From an uncultured cyanobacterium (GTDB taxonomy: Bacteria; Cyanobacteriota; Cyanobacteriia; PCC-9006; JAAUQQ01), in NCBI GenBank assembly GCA_963718615.1, contig OY970368.1, positions 5,792,001 to 5,856,000 of the forward strand: a stretch of DNA of 64,000 nt. The letters run 5' to 3'. The translations under genes were made by a program, and so were the position numbers. Each line of letters starts with the position of its first letter. Within the stretch, counting starts at the first letter, position 1. Positions 9,140 through 18,352 of the stretch are shown here, piece by piece. Under the pieces are notes generated by a model, which was not told where the DNA came from, did no database searches, and worked only from the letters and a program-made list of their open reading frames with translations.

Positions 9140-10480
9140 TTAGCCCTCTGATGAGGCGTCAGAATCGGGCTGGGACCTCCCATGGGCACGATGAATCGCC
9201 GTCCCCAGATGGAAAATTTCTTCGAAGTAGTACTTGCTCTGAACCGAGAGCACCGCCAAACTCAATAACTGCACCCCAATCATCAGCAGCAGACCGCCGA
9301 TCACAAAGCTATGGGGATGCCCTTGGAAGGCGATCGCCACGGCCTCGGTTGGGTCCGCCTGGGTTCCCGCTGTCCGCAAACTTTGATAACTGCTCCAACT
9401 GTGGGCGATCGCCCACAACCCGGCGTAGCCGCCTAAGCCCAGACAGAGCAAACTGGGCAGGAAAAAGAACATCACCGGACGAAACAGAAACCCATAGAAG
9501 AAGATCGACCAGGTATGGCGCAAAATCTTCATGCTAGAGCGACGCACCGCCTGACTCGCTGGCTTTCGTCCCGTTGGAGCTTGGGTTGGCTTCGCAGGAC
9601 GGGGAGGCGTTTCCTGGGGGAGCCAGTGCAGATGGGCCGGAATTTCATCAACCTGAGCATTGAGCAGTTTGGCTTTATGCAAAATTTCAGGGTTGATATC
9701 CATCCCCATGGAACGAGGATGGAGCGACCTCAAAAAGTCCTGGTCGTAAACTCGGACCATCCCCGTCAGGGTCGCGACATCGCGCTTGGCCGCCAGGGAC
9801 AAAAATCGATTAGCCCAAACGCTAAGCCACAGCCGCATCCGAGGAACGTTAGAAACTCGGCCCCCATTCATATAGGGAGAGGCAACCACCACCTTCGCGC
9901 CGGTTTGCTGCATGCGTCGCACCAATCGCCCAATGTGATCGGGGGAATAGCTCAAATCCAAGTCGAGGGTGACCACATAGTCTCCCTGGGCATGGGTAAA
10001 GCCGGTGCGAAGCGCCTGACCCAATCCCCCATTCCGACGGTGGTGAATCACCCGGACTTGGGGGACCGCCGCCGCAAAGGCATCCGCCAGCATCGGCGTT
10101 TCATCCCGACTGCCGTCATTGATGAGTAGAATTTCCCAGCGAAACTCTGTTTCGAGCTGGAGCATGTATTGGCAGAGCAGAGCCAAATTCTTCTCCAGGA
10201 TGCTGGCCTCGTTATAGGCGGGCACCACCAGAGAAATGAGTGGGCGTTGGCAAGGGTGAGAGGGCCGATCCCTTTCCCGATCCCTTTTCGTTGTCAAGCG
10301 CTGGGGCTCAAAACGGGGGGGATCAGAGGCGACCTGGCCCAAATCGGCAAGGCCAGACTGGACTCTGGAATGCCCCTCAAAATTGCCAGCACCAAACTGC
10401 TCGAAAGGAGCAGCAGATCCCGAAGTCATGGCAATCACCTGAGTTGACAAGGGTGTGGGGAAACCAGAGGCAATGATCAA
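9140..10480 (-). CDS. GT2 polyprenol-phosphate glycosyltransferase (ArnC/DPM-synthase-like) with two C-terminal TM helices
   Basis: VVPAYNE, INDGSRD, TLDLDLS; the track start is TTG, ATG at 10429 is a plausible real start. Confidence 0.88.
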   Translation of the reverse strand: MIIASGFPTPLSTQVIAMTSGSAAPFEQFGAGNFEGHSRVQSGLADLGQVASDPPRFEPQRLTTKRDRERDRPSHPCQRPLISLVVPAYNEASILEKNLALLCQYMLQLETEFRWEILLINDGSRDETPMLADAFAAAVPQVRVIHHRRNGGLGQALRTGFTHAQGDYVVTLDLDLSYSPDHIGRLVRRMQQTGAKVVVASPYMNGGRVSNVPRMRLWLSVWANRFLSLAAKRDVATLTGMVRVYDQDFLRSLHPRSMGMDINPEILHKAKLLNAQVDEIPAHLHWLPQETPPRPAKPTQAPTGRKPASQAVRRSSMKILRHTWSIFFYGFLFRPVMFFFLPSLLCLGLGGYAGLWAIAHSWSSYQSLRTAGTQADPTEAVAIAFQGHPHSFVIGGLLLMIGVQLLSLAVLSVQSKYYFEEIFHLGTAIHRAHGRSQPDSDASSEG

Positions 10481-10722
10481 GGGGTCTAGCGCTCAAGCGA
10501 TCTAACGCTCAAGCCATCAACGGCCAAGTGATATCTGCGTGTTTTCCCACAGCTACCCCTTCTGGTGGAGGGCTGGGCCTAAGGATTTTGCAGGATGCTT
10601 TTACTGAAACTTTAAAACATCTTGCAATTAGATAAATTAACCATGAAGTGCTGCCGGTTTCATCGCGATCTTCCCGTATTTATACGGAAATAAAAATAAA
10701 CCAAACCCGTTCCCTAAATTTA

Positions 10723-10769
10723 CCCTCGACAGTGCCCTCGACAGTGCCCTCGACAGTGCCCTCGACAGT
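10723..10769. repeat. 12-bp tandem repeat ccctcgacagtg x4 in divergent intergenic region
   Basis: Read directly. Confidence 0.9.
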
Positions 10770-11217
10770 TCTCTGTGATGGGCAAAACGAGCAATCGCAG
10801 AAAAATTCGGATAGGCTACCTTTGTCTACGTATAGTCTTAGAAGCCAGTTTGAATTGAAACATGCGGCCCAGAGATACTCAATTGTCAAATTTTTTGCTT
10901 CAAAGGGAATTCTGGAAAAGCAGGTTTGGCAAGAATAAGGTTAGCTTTTATAAAACTTTTATCGGACATGAGGGGGACATGAGGGGTAAAGACTGCATAA
11001 CCCACCGAAGCTCTACCGAAAGACAGGGCAGGGACAACAGGAGTCTGGGTTCAGATTCGGCTCAGATGCAGACAGATCGGATGCAGCGGTCGTTTGTCCT
11101 CGACCGAACATTAAGAAGAATGAGTAATTTGGTTCTTGACATTTCTCCTTCTGTGATAGTTAAGAAGTTCCTCCTTAGGATTTGTGTTCGCGATGTCGTT
11201 TCAGTGCTGCTAGCGTT

Positions 11218-11967
11218 ATGACTGTTGCCCTCCAGATCGGCGATCGCACCTTATCCGGCAGCGATGTCATCGTTCAACTTCAGCAGTACGGTCTGCTGCA
11301 ATCCTTAGTTAAGGAAATTGTGCTGGAAACCGCTCTGGACGAGTGGAGTCGCAGCGAAGCCTCCGCTTGGACAGAGGAGGATGAATCCCAGGCGATCCAG
11401 CAAGTTAAGACCCAGCAGGCACTTCAGGCCATGGCTCCCCAGCAGACTCCCCAGCCCCAGGGCTCGGCGGAGATGGTTCAAAAGCTAGCGGTGAAGCGGG
11501 CTAAACTCGATAAATTCAAAGAGTGGCAGTGGGGCAATAAGGTCGAAAGCTACTTTTTGCAGCGCAAGGTCCGGCTAGATCGGGTGATCTATTCTTTGTT
11601 AAGACTCAAAGATGCGGCGATCGCCCAAGAGCTGTTTTTCCGGTTGGAAAGCGAAGAAGCGGTCTTTAGCGATCTCGCCACCGAATATTCCCAAGGGCCA
11701 GAGGCCAATACGGGTGGACTCATTGGTCCGGCGGATTTGGGGGGGTGTCATCCTCGTTTGGCCGAAATGATGCGGGTCAGTCATCCGAACCAATTGTGGC
11801 CTCCCACTCGGGTCGAGGACTGGTGGGTGATCGTCCGATTGGAGAAGTTTATGCCTGCCCAACTGGATGAGCCCATGCGCCGTCGTCTATTGGAGGAATT
11901 GTTTTTGAGCTGGCTCCAAGAGGAAAGTCAAAAGTTTGAAGTGGTTCAGTCCACGCCTGTGCTGTAA
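11218..11967 (+). CDS. PpiC/parvulin-type peptidyl-prolyl isomerase associated with type I secretion
   Basis: FSDLATEYSQGPEANTGGLIGP rotamase motif; start moved to ATG 11218 (MTVALQIGD). Confidence 0.88.
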   Translation: MTVALQIGDRTLSGSDVIVQLQQYGLLQSLVKEIVLETALDEWSRSEASAWTEEDESQAIQQVKTQQALQAMAPQQTPQPQGSAEMVQKLAVKRAKLDKFKEWQWGNKVESYFLQRKVRLDRVIYSLLRLKDAAIAQELFFRLESEEAVFSDLATEYSQGPEANTGGLIGPADLGGCHPRLAEMMRVSHPNQLWPPTRVEDWWVIVRLEKFMPAQLDEPMRRRLLEELFLSWLQEESQKFEVVQSTPVL

Positions 11968-12019
11968 ACCCTGTCCTGTAAACCCTGCTCTTGCAAAATT
12001 GTCTTGCCCATCCCCCGCC

Positions 12020-15000
12020 ATGACTTATACCGAGCTGTCTATCCCGAATTTTTTAGCTGACGTGCCGCCGTTCTCACAATTGCCCGCTGCCAAGCGAGAA
12101 GCCTTGGCTAAGCGGTGCCAGATGCTGAGATACAAGATGGGGCAGCCCATGCTGCGGCGAGATAATCTGCCCCACCAAGTTCTAGTGATTGTTGAAGGTC
12201 AGGCGCGTCTGTTGGCGTTGCGTCCCCTGACCCAGTTGCCCTTTACGCTCCAAAATGTAGGCCCAGGGGGCATGCTGGGCTGGGTTAGCCTGTTGCGGGG
12301 CGTACCCTGTGAGACCGCCAACGCCAGGGAGGAAACTCTATGCATTTCCATCCCCACTCGAGAATTTATTGACCTGATTCAGGCCGAACCGGCCATTGCC
12401 GAGGCCTTGGGCCAGCAGGCTGACCCATCTGAAATTGCCGATCTGATTGGTCCCTCGCTGAAACAGTCGGCCCGCATCGCGGTGGATCTGCCGGATATTT
12501 TGCCCGAGTTGCAGGCCCAGGCCACGGTTCGGACGCTGGCTTCGGGTCGCGTCAATCCAACGGTTTTGCCCCAAGGCTATGAATGGTGGATTAGTGGCCG
12601 GGGAACGGTCGCGGGGGGAGAGACGGGCGATCGCCTCGGTCCTCAAATCACCGATAGCTTTGAAGTTCAAGGGGGCCGTCCGGTCCGTTTGTTGGGTTTG
12701 CCCCAAACCTTGCTCGATCGATTGACTCAGCCTCGTTCTCCCGCAGCATCAGACTTGGACAATGCAGGGATAGGGGTCTCAGCCCCCGTCGACCCGGACA
12801 GTAGCCCCTGGGGGACCATCCAAGACGCCCCAACCTTGCCCGGTGAAGATGATCCTGATATTCAAAGGCTGGTGGGAATTCCCACCTCGCGGGGAGAAAA
12901 GCGTTTTCCCTTTGTCCATGGCAAAGGCGTCTTGAATGGGACGCTTGCTTGCTTTGCCATGGTGTCTGAGTATTTGCACTTGCCCTTCCGTCGCGATGTG
13001 ATTAAGCGGGTTCTGTCCGAACAGGTAGACCGGGGAACGGGCATTCCGCTGCTCTTTTGTGGGGCGGTGGCCGAGCTCATGGGTCTCAAAACCCAACATG
13101 CCATGGTGCCGAGCAGCGCCATGTCCCGGCTGCAAGGTCCTGCCCTACTGCCCTGGGAGGGAGCCTTTGCCATCCTCTACGACGCCAATGCCAAGGAAAT
13201 TACCTTAGGCATTCCAGAAAAAGGCATCGTTCGCTATTCGCCGGAGGATTTTCAGCGCCTCTGGGGTGAAAAAGGCGAAGTCATGATGCTGGAGGTAGCT
13301 AAGGAAACGCCCCAACAGAAATTTGGCTTGCAATGGTTTTTACCCTCCCTGCGACGCTACCGCTGGGTCTTGATCGTCGTTCTGTTTGCCTCGTTTTTCG
13401 TCCAGCTCTTTGGCTTGGCCAACCCGCTGATGATCCAGGTGATTATTGACCGGGTCATTCAACAGAACAGCACGGATACCCTACAGGTCTTGGGTTTGTT
13501 TTTGGTAGTGGTGGCGATTTTTGAAGCCCTGCTCTCCAGCTTGCGGACCTATCTCTTTGTAGATACGACCAACCGCATCGACTTAGCCCTGGGCGCAGAG
13601 ATTATTGACCACCTCTTCCGCCTGCCCTTGCGCTACTTCGAAAAGCGACCGGTGGGGGAACTGTCCAGCCGGGTCAATGAGCTGGAAAATATTCGTCAGT
13701 TTCTCACCGGGACAGCCCTGACGGTGGTGCTAGATTCCATTTTCTCAGTGATTTACATCATCGTGATGTTTATCTATAGCTGGAAATTGACCCTGGTTTC
13801 CCTGGGCAGTATTCCGCTGTTTGTAGGCGTTACGCTGATTTTTGCACCGATTGTGCGGCGGCTGCTGCGTAGAAAAGCTGAAAACTACGCCCGCACCCAG
13901 TCCTACTTGGTCGAAGCCCTATCGGGGATCCAAACGGTCAAGGCCCAAAACATTGAACTTAAGGCCCGCTGGCAGTGGCAGGAACGCTACGCCCGCTACG
14001 TCTCTGCTGGCTTTAAGACGGTGCTCACATCGACGATCGCCTCCTCCACCAGCGACTTTCTCAACAAGCTTTCGGCACTCTTAGTCCTATGGGTAGGGGC
14101 CTATCTCGTCCTCGAAAAAGAAATTACCCTAGGCCAGCTCATTGCCTTCCGAATTATTTCTGGGTATGTGACGGGTCCCTTGCTGCGTCTAGCGCAACTC
14201 TGGCAGAACTTCCAGGAAACGGCCCTATCCCTAGAACGACTCAGCGACATTATCGATACTCCCCAGGAAGAAAGCGAAGAGGAACGCAACAATATTTTGA
14301 TGCCGCTTGTGACGGGAAAAATCAAATACGAGAACGTGTCCTTCCGATTTGGAGCCCATGGCCCCCTCCAACTTACCAATGTCAATGTTGAGATTCCTGT
14401 GGGGACCTTTGTGGGGATTGTCGGCCAAAGTGGTTCTGGCAAAAGTACGATGACGAAGCTACTGCCTCGCCTCTACGAACCTGCCTCGGGCCGAATTCTC
14501 CTGGACGACTATGATGTCAATAAGGTCGAGCTCTATTCTCTGCGGCGTCAGGTGGGGATCGTGCCCCAGGACTCCCTCCTGTTTGAAGGCACGATTCAAG
14601 ACAACATTGCTCTCACCCGTCCTGATGCTAGTTCAGAAGCCATTATCGAAGCGGCCCGAGTTGCCTGTGCCCATGATTTCATCATGGAACTGCCCCAAGC
14701 CTATAACTCGCCGGTTGGGGAGCGGGGATCAAACCTGTCCGGGGGACAACGCCAGCGGATTGCGATCGCCCGAACCGTCCTCCAAAACCCGCGCCTGCTC
14801 ATCCTTGACGAAGCGACTAGCGCCCTCGATTACGACACGGAGCGCCAAGTCTCCCTCAATCTCATGGAGGCCCTGCGGGGGCGTACGGTCCTATTTATTA
14901 CTCACCGACTGAGCACAATTCAAAACGCCGATTTAATCCTGGTGATGGACAGGGGCTCCATCGTCGAACAGGGTAGCCATCGCGAACTGATGGCTGAACG

Positions 15001-15049
15001 GGGCCGCTATTATGCGCTCTACCAGCAGCAGGATCGGGGGGCGAGTTAA
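12020..15049 (+). CDS. hlyB: Type I secretion ABC transporter, HlyB family (cNMP-binding + C39-like + ABC membrane + ATPase)
   Basis: Walker A GQSGSGKS, LSGGQRQR, ILDEATSALD; N-terminal cNMP-like domain; start moved to ATG 12020. Confidence 0.92.
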   Translation: MTYTELSIPNFLADVPPFSQLPAAKREALAKRCQMLRYKMGQPMLRRDNLPHQVLVIVEGQARLLALRPLTQLPFTLQNVGPGGMLGWVSLLRGVPCETANAREETLCISIPTREFIDLIQAEPAIAEALGQQADPSEIADLIGPSLKQSARIAVDLPDILPELQAQATVRTLASGRVNPTVLPQGYEWWISGRGTVAGGETGDRLGPQITDSFEVQGGRPVRLLGLPQTLLDRLTQPRSPAASDLDNAGIGVSAPVDPDSSPWGTIQDAPTLPGEDDPDIQRLVGIPTSRGEKRFPFVHGKGVLNGTLACFAMVSEYLHLPFRRDVIKRVLSEQVDRGTGIPLLFCGAVAELMGLKTQHAMVPSSAMSRLQGPALLPWEGAFAILYDANAKEITLGIPEKGIVRYSPEDFQRLWGEKGEVMMLEVAKETPQQKFGLQWFLPSLRRYRWVLIVVLFASFFVQLFGLANPLMIQVIIDRVIQQNSTDTLQVLGLFLVVVAIFEALLSSLRTYLFVDTTNRIDLALGAEIIDHLFRLPLRYFEKRPVGELSSRVNELENIRQFLTGTALTVVLDSIFSVIYIIVMFIYSWKLTLVSLGSIPLFVGVTLIFAPIVRRLLRRKAENYARTQSYLVEALSGIQTVKAQNIELKARWQWQERYARYVSAGFKTVLTSTIASSTSDFLNKLSALLVLWVGAYLVLEKEITLGQLIAFRIISGYVTGPLLRLAQLWQNFQETALSLERLSDIIDTPQEESEEERNNILMPLVTGKIKYENVSFRFGAHGPLQLTNVNVEIPVGTFVGIVGQSGSGKSTMTKLLPRLYEPASGRILLDDYDVNKVELYSLRRQVGIVPQDSLLFEGTIQDNIALTRPDASSEAIIEAARVACAHDFIMELPQAYNSPVGERGSNLSGGQRQRIAIARTVLQNPRLLILDEATSALDYDTERQVSLNLMEALRGRTVLFITHRLSTIQNADLILVMDRGSIVEQGSHRELMAERGRYYALYQQQDRGAS

Positions 15050-15133
15050 AAACCCAGTTTGGGAATCACACTTTTGACTCGTTTCCCCAAAACGAACCCA
15101 CCTACGTACCCCTAACTTGCAGGACCTAGAACG

Positions 15134-16912
15134 ATGTCCAGATCTGATGGATCGTCCCTTCGAAAGTCGAACTCTCCGGTGCAAAACGGCAACGGCTCTT
15201 CTTTCCTCAATGGCAATGGAGCCCATGGCAACGGGGCTAACGGCAATGGCAATGGAGCCAACGGTAACGGGGCCAATGGCAATGGAGCCAACGGTAACGG
15301 CGGTCCTGTGCCTGCTGCACCGGAGCCTCAAGCGGCCCCCCTACCCCCAGAGCCGCGCTTTGACAAGCCCGTTATTTTAAGACAATCTCCGGTTTGGGCA
15401 GCGGCCATTATTGGCTTGATTTTGGGCGTCACTACCTTTTCGGTGGGCTGGGCTGCGTGGGCCAAGGTGGACGAGGCTATTCCCGCCCAGGGAAAGCTGG
15501 AGCCCCAGGGGGCGGTTAAGGAGATTCAGGCTCCTGTGGGAGGGGTGGTCGAGGACATTCTGATCGAGGATGGTCAGCGGGTGCGCAAGGGCGATGACCT
15601 CATCCTCTTCGATCAAACGGCAGCTCAAGCCGAACTGGAATCCCTAGAAAAAGTGCGGTCAGCCCTCGTCTCAGAGACACAATTCTATGAAGCCCAGTTA
15701 AGCGGTTCTACCAGTGCTATTGCCTTGCCACCGGAGAAGATTCCGCCTGCTCTAGCAAAATTGACCGAGAATCGAGCCGCTTTGGTCGCTGAGAATGAAC
15801 TGTTTCGGGCACAGCTTAACGGTACGAGCCCTGCGACCTTGGATAACTCCCAGCAAGTTCGGCTGCAAACCAATTTAGCCGAGCAGAACTCACGGGAAAT
15901 GGCGGCTCAATTGGCGATTTCTCAGTTAACTCAACAGTTAAACCAAGCCCAGGTTCGATTGGCGAATACACAACAGAAATTAATCAATGCCCAGAGTCAG
16001 CTGGTCAGCGCCCAGGGGCAATTGGAGAATTCTCGGGATCGCCTGTCAATTGATGCCAAAATTCTGAAGGATATTCAGCCTCTGGCCGAAGAAGGTGGAA
16101 TTGCCAACATTCAGTTCTTGAGACAAAAACAGGAAGTCAGCAAGGGCGAAGCGGACGTTGACCAGCAGATTGCTGAGGTGAACAATCGTCAAGCTGAAGT
16201 GACCAACCAGCAAGCAGAATTAATGCAGCTTCAGCAGGAAACCCAACGCTTACAGTTGGCGATCGCCCAGTCCCAAGAAGAACTTTCCAATACCGTTGCC
16301 CGCTCCCAGCAGGATCCCCAAACGAGAATCGCAGACAACGACAAACGAGTTTCTGAGATTGACAGTCAATTAACCAAGCTCATTGTCGAGAACAAAAAGC
16401 GCGTCAGTGAGCTCGACGGACAAATTAGTAAGGCCAAAGTGACGCTGAGCTATCAAAAGCTAGAAGCCCCCGTAGACGGTACTGTGTTTGACCTCAAGCC
16501 CACCGGGATTGGCTACGTCGTTAATAGCAATGAGCCGATCCTCAAAGTCGTGCCCTCCGAAGGGCTGGTGGCCAAGGTCTTTATTACCAACCGTGATATT
16601 GGCTTTGTCCAAGAAGGCATGGAAGTCGATGTCCGCATCGACTCCTTTCCCTATAGCGAATTTGGCGATATCAAAGGGGAATTAATTTCGATTGGCGATG
16701 ATGCATTGCCCCCTGACCAGATTTATCCGTTTTATCGTTTTCCCGCTAAGGTGCGATTAGACCGACAGTCAATCCGGGTGAATGGCAAGGAAATTGAGCT
16801 GCAATCAGGGATGTCCTTAAGCGTCAATATCAAAACTCGGCCTCGACGGGTGATTACTTACTTTACCGATCTGTTTACCCGCAAGATTGACAGCTTCAAG
16901 TCTCGCCAGTAG
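15134..16912 (+). CDS. hlyD: HlyD family membrane-fusion protein
   Basis: Single TM, EIQAPVGGVV, long coiled coil, DIGFVQEGMEVDVRIDSFPYSEFG. Confidence 0.92.
   Translation: MSRSDGSSLRKSNSPVQNGNGSSFLNGNGAHGNGANGNGNGANGNGANGNGANGNGGPVPAAPEPQAAPLPPEPRFDKPVILRQSPVWAAAIIGLILGVTTFSVGWAAWAKVDEAIPAQGKLEPQGAVKEIQAPVGGVVEDILIEDGQRVRKGDDLILFDQTAAQAELESLEKVRSALVSETQFYEAQLSGSTSAIALPPEKIPPALAKLTENRAALVAENELFRAQLNGTSPATLDNSQQVRLQTNLAEQNSREMAAQLAISQLTQQLNQAQVRLANTQQKLINAQSQLVSAQGQLENSRDRLSIDAKILKDIQPLAEEGGIANIQFLRQKQEVSKGEADVDQQIAEVNNRQAEVTNQQAELMQLQQETQRLQLAIAQSQEELSNTVARSQQDPQTRIADNDKRVSEIDSQLTKLIVENKKRVSELDGQISKAKVTLSYQKLEAPVDGTVFDLKPTGIGYVVNSNEPILKVVPSEGLVAKVFITNRDIGFVQEGMEVDVRIDSFPYSEFGDIKGELISIGDDALPPDQIYPFYRFPAKVRLDRQSIRVNGKEIELQSGMSLSVNIKTRPRRVITYFTDLFTRKIDSFKSRQ
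15186..15302 (+). repeat. Low-complexity coding repeat (NGNGA)n
   Basis: aatggcaatggagccaacggtaacgg-type units in the HlyD N-terminus. Confidence 0.8.
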
Positions 16913-16946
16913 ATTCTGTCCGAAATCTTGTTTTAGCGTTCTTGTT

Positions 16947-16976
16947 AGGCCCTAGGGATTCCCTGGGGCCTTTATT
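16947..16976 (+). terminator. Intrinsic terminator after hlyD
   Basis: aggccctaggg-att-ccctggggcct followed by ttatt. Confidence 0.65.
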
Positions 16977-17287
16977 CTTGTCCATGGCTCCATGAACAAG
17001 AAGACCACCACGCGTACTCGTTTTGCCCAGAAGGATCTGGGCAGAACGCTGGAACGGCTGCTAGGGCTGCAAAATATTCTTCACTCCGTTTTCTCCCACG
17101 GAAGATACTCCTAATGTCTGGCTGATAAATCTTCAAAACCCCTTCAAAACCAGGACTTTCTCGGCAAAAATGAGTTTGTGTACATCACTTCTGCTCCCTT
17201 AAAAGGGCTTGATCAAGTGCTCCCAAACCTCCCAATCATCCTCAGAAAAATCGGCTTGGAAATACAACAAAATTTTAGATGCCACAA

Positions 17288-17317
17288 TTGACTTAAATTG
17301 AATTAATCTAATACTCT
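17288..17317 (+). promoter_or_regulatory. Possible sigma70-type promoter of cyAbrB
   Basis: TTGACT-18 bp-TACTCT in an AT-rich stretch. Confidence 0.35.
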
Positions 17318-17360
17318 GGGTAAAGAACAGCCAAATAATCAACCACGTATCGAGTCACAA

Positions 17361-17756
17361 ATGAGTGAGACTGCAACAGAACAATTGACCGGCAAGTCCC
17401 TTCTTCAAAAGGTCAAAGAGTTGAAGGAAGAAATGTCGAATCCCACCCGGCGAGAACTAGCGCGTCTCTGTGGGTACACTTCCAAAACTCGTAAAGGGGA
17501 AGCGCGCATCAATGTTGCCGAATTCTACGAAGAGTTGCTCAAAGCAAAAGGCTTAAATCTTGACTCCGAATCCGCTCAGCGTCGCGGTCGAGAAGCAACT
17601 TTCCGGGTTAGCGTCCAGAAGAATGGCCAAATTTTGATTGGTGCTGCCTATACAAAATCCATGGGTCTGAAGCCCGGAGATGAGTTTGATGTGAAGCTAG
17701 GCTATAAGCATATTCATCTGATTCAGCGCGATCTCGATGCTGAGGGAGATGAGTGA
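17361..17756 (+). CDS. abrB: Cyanobacterial AbrB-like transcription regulator (cyAbrB, probably CalA/cyAbrB1 type)
   Basis: LTGKSLLQKVKEL, CGY, RVSVQKNGQILIGAAYT..MGLKPGDEF..KLGYKHIHL. Confidence 0.92.
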   Translation: MSETATEQLTGKSLLQKVKELKEEMSNPTRRELARLCGYTSKTRKGEARINVAEFYEELLKAKGLNLDSESAQRRGREATFRVSVQKNGQILIGAAYTKSMGLKPGDEFDVKLGYKHIHLIQRDLDAEGDE

Positions 17757-17821
17757 TAAACAGAAATCGCTAAGGTGAGGAACAGCAGCCGAGTTCATTC
17801 ACTGAGTTCATTGCTTCAGAG

Positions 17822-17856
17822 GGAGCTAAGACCGGAGCTAAGACCGGAGCTAAGAC
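17822..17856. repeat. 12-bp tandem repeat ggagctaagacc x3
   Basis: Read directly. Confidence 0.88.
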
Positions 17857-18352
17857 AAAGCGAGGAAGAGTGATGCCTCGATAAACATCCTTGGAATTTA
17901 TGCCAAGGATGTTTTTTGTTGTAAATTAGGATTAAGTAAATTAGCGTTAAATTTTGTGCTTGAAGCCTCGAAGGGCTTGACGAAGGGCCTGACAGAGGCT
18001 GGGGCTGTCCTTTTGAAGATGGCGCATCCTTTATAGAATCTAATCGTTCTATAAATCTTTTATGAATGTGACCATAGGATACTTTTCTCCTGAAGCAGAA
18101 ATGGCAAGGTGATTGAAGGATAAAAGCAGGTCGTGATTTTTTTGCGAACAGCTTGGTTTGGTGTTCAATCGGTCCCTTGGTCATCTATTAACCCTTACCT
18201 TGAACAGATTAATAGCCTGCCAATCGTCGTTTGCGCATGGTCTACTTTTTTAACGGTCTACTTTTTAACTAGGTTCTCCGGGCTATTGTGTTTATACTAT
18301 TCGTAAGCACCCTTCGTCGCGCCCTGACATAGGCCATTCTCACGCACGCCTC

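Noticed and set aside
10723-10769. Direct repeats (also 17822, 62246, 62341) as CRISPR arrays
   Set aside because: Units are 12-15 bp and head-to-tail with no unique spacers; no cas genes are present
10648-11221. Small ORFs in the divergent spacer (10648-10938, 10680-10889, 10862-11221)
   Set aside because: No recognisable motifs; the repeated peptides arise from the DNA repeat; more likely promoter DNA
12020-15049. Bacteriocin/RiPP peptidase-exporter
   Set aside because: The C39 catalytic Cys and His appear absent, and no double-glycine precursor ORF is evident nearby
17816-18184. 122-aa minus-strand ORF between abrB and the kinase
   Set aside because: No family features, AT-rich and overlapping a repeat; probably spurious
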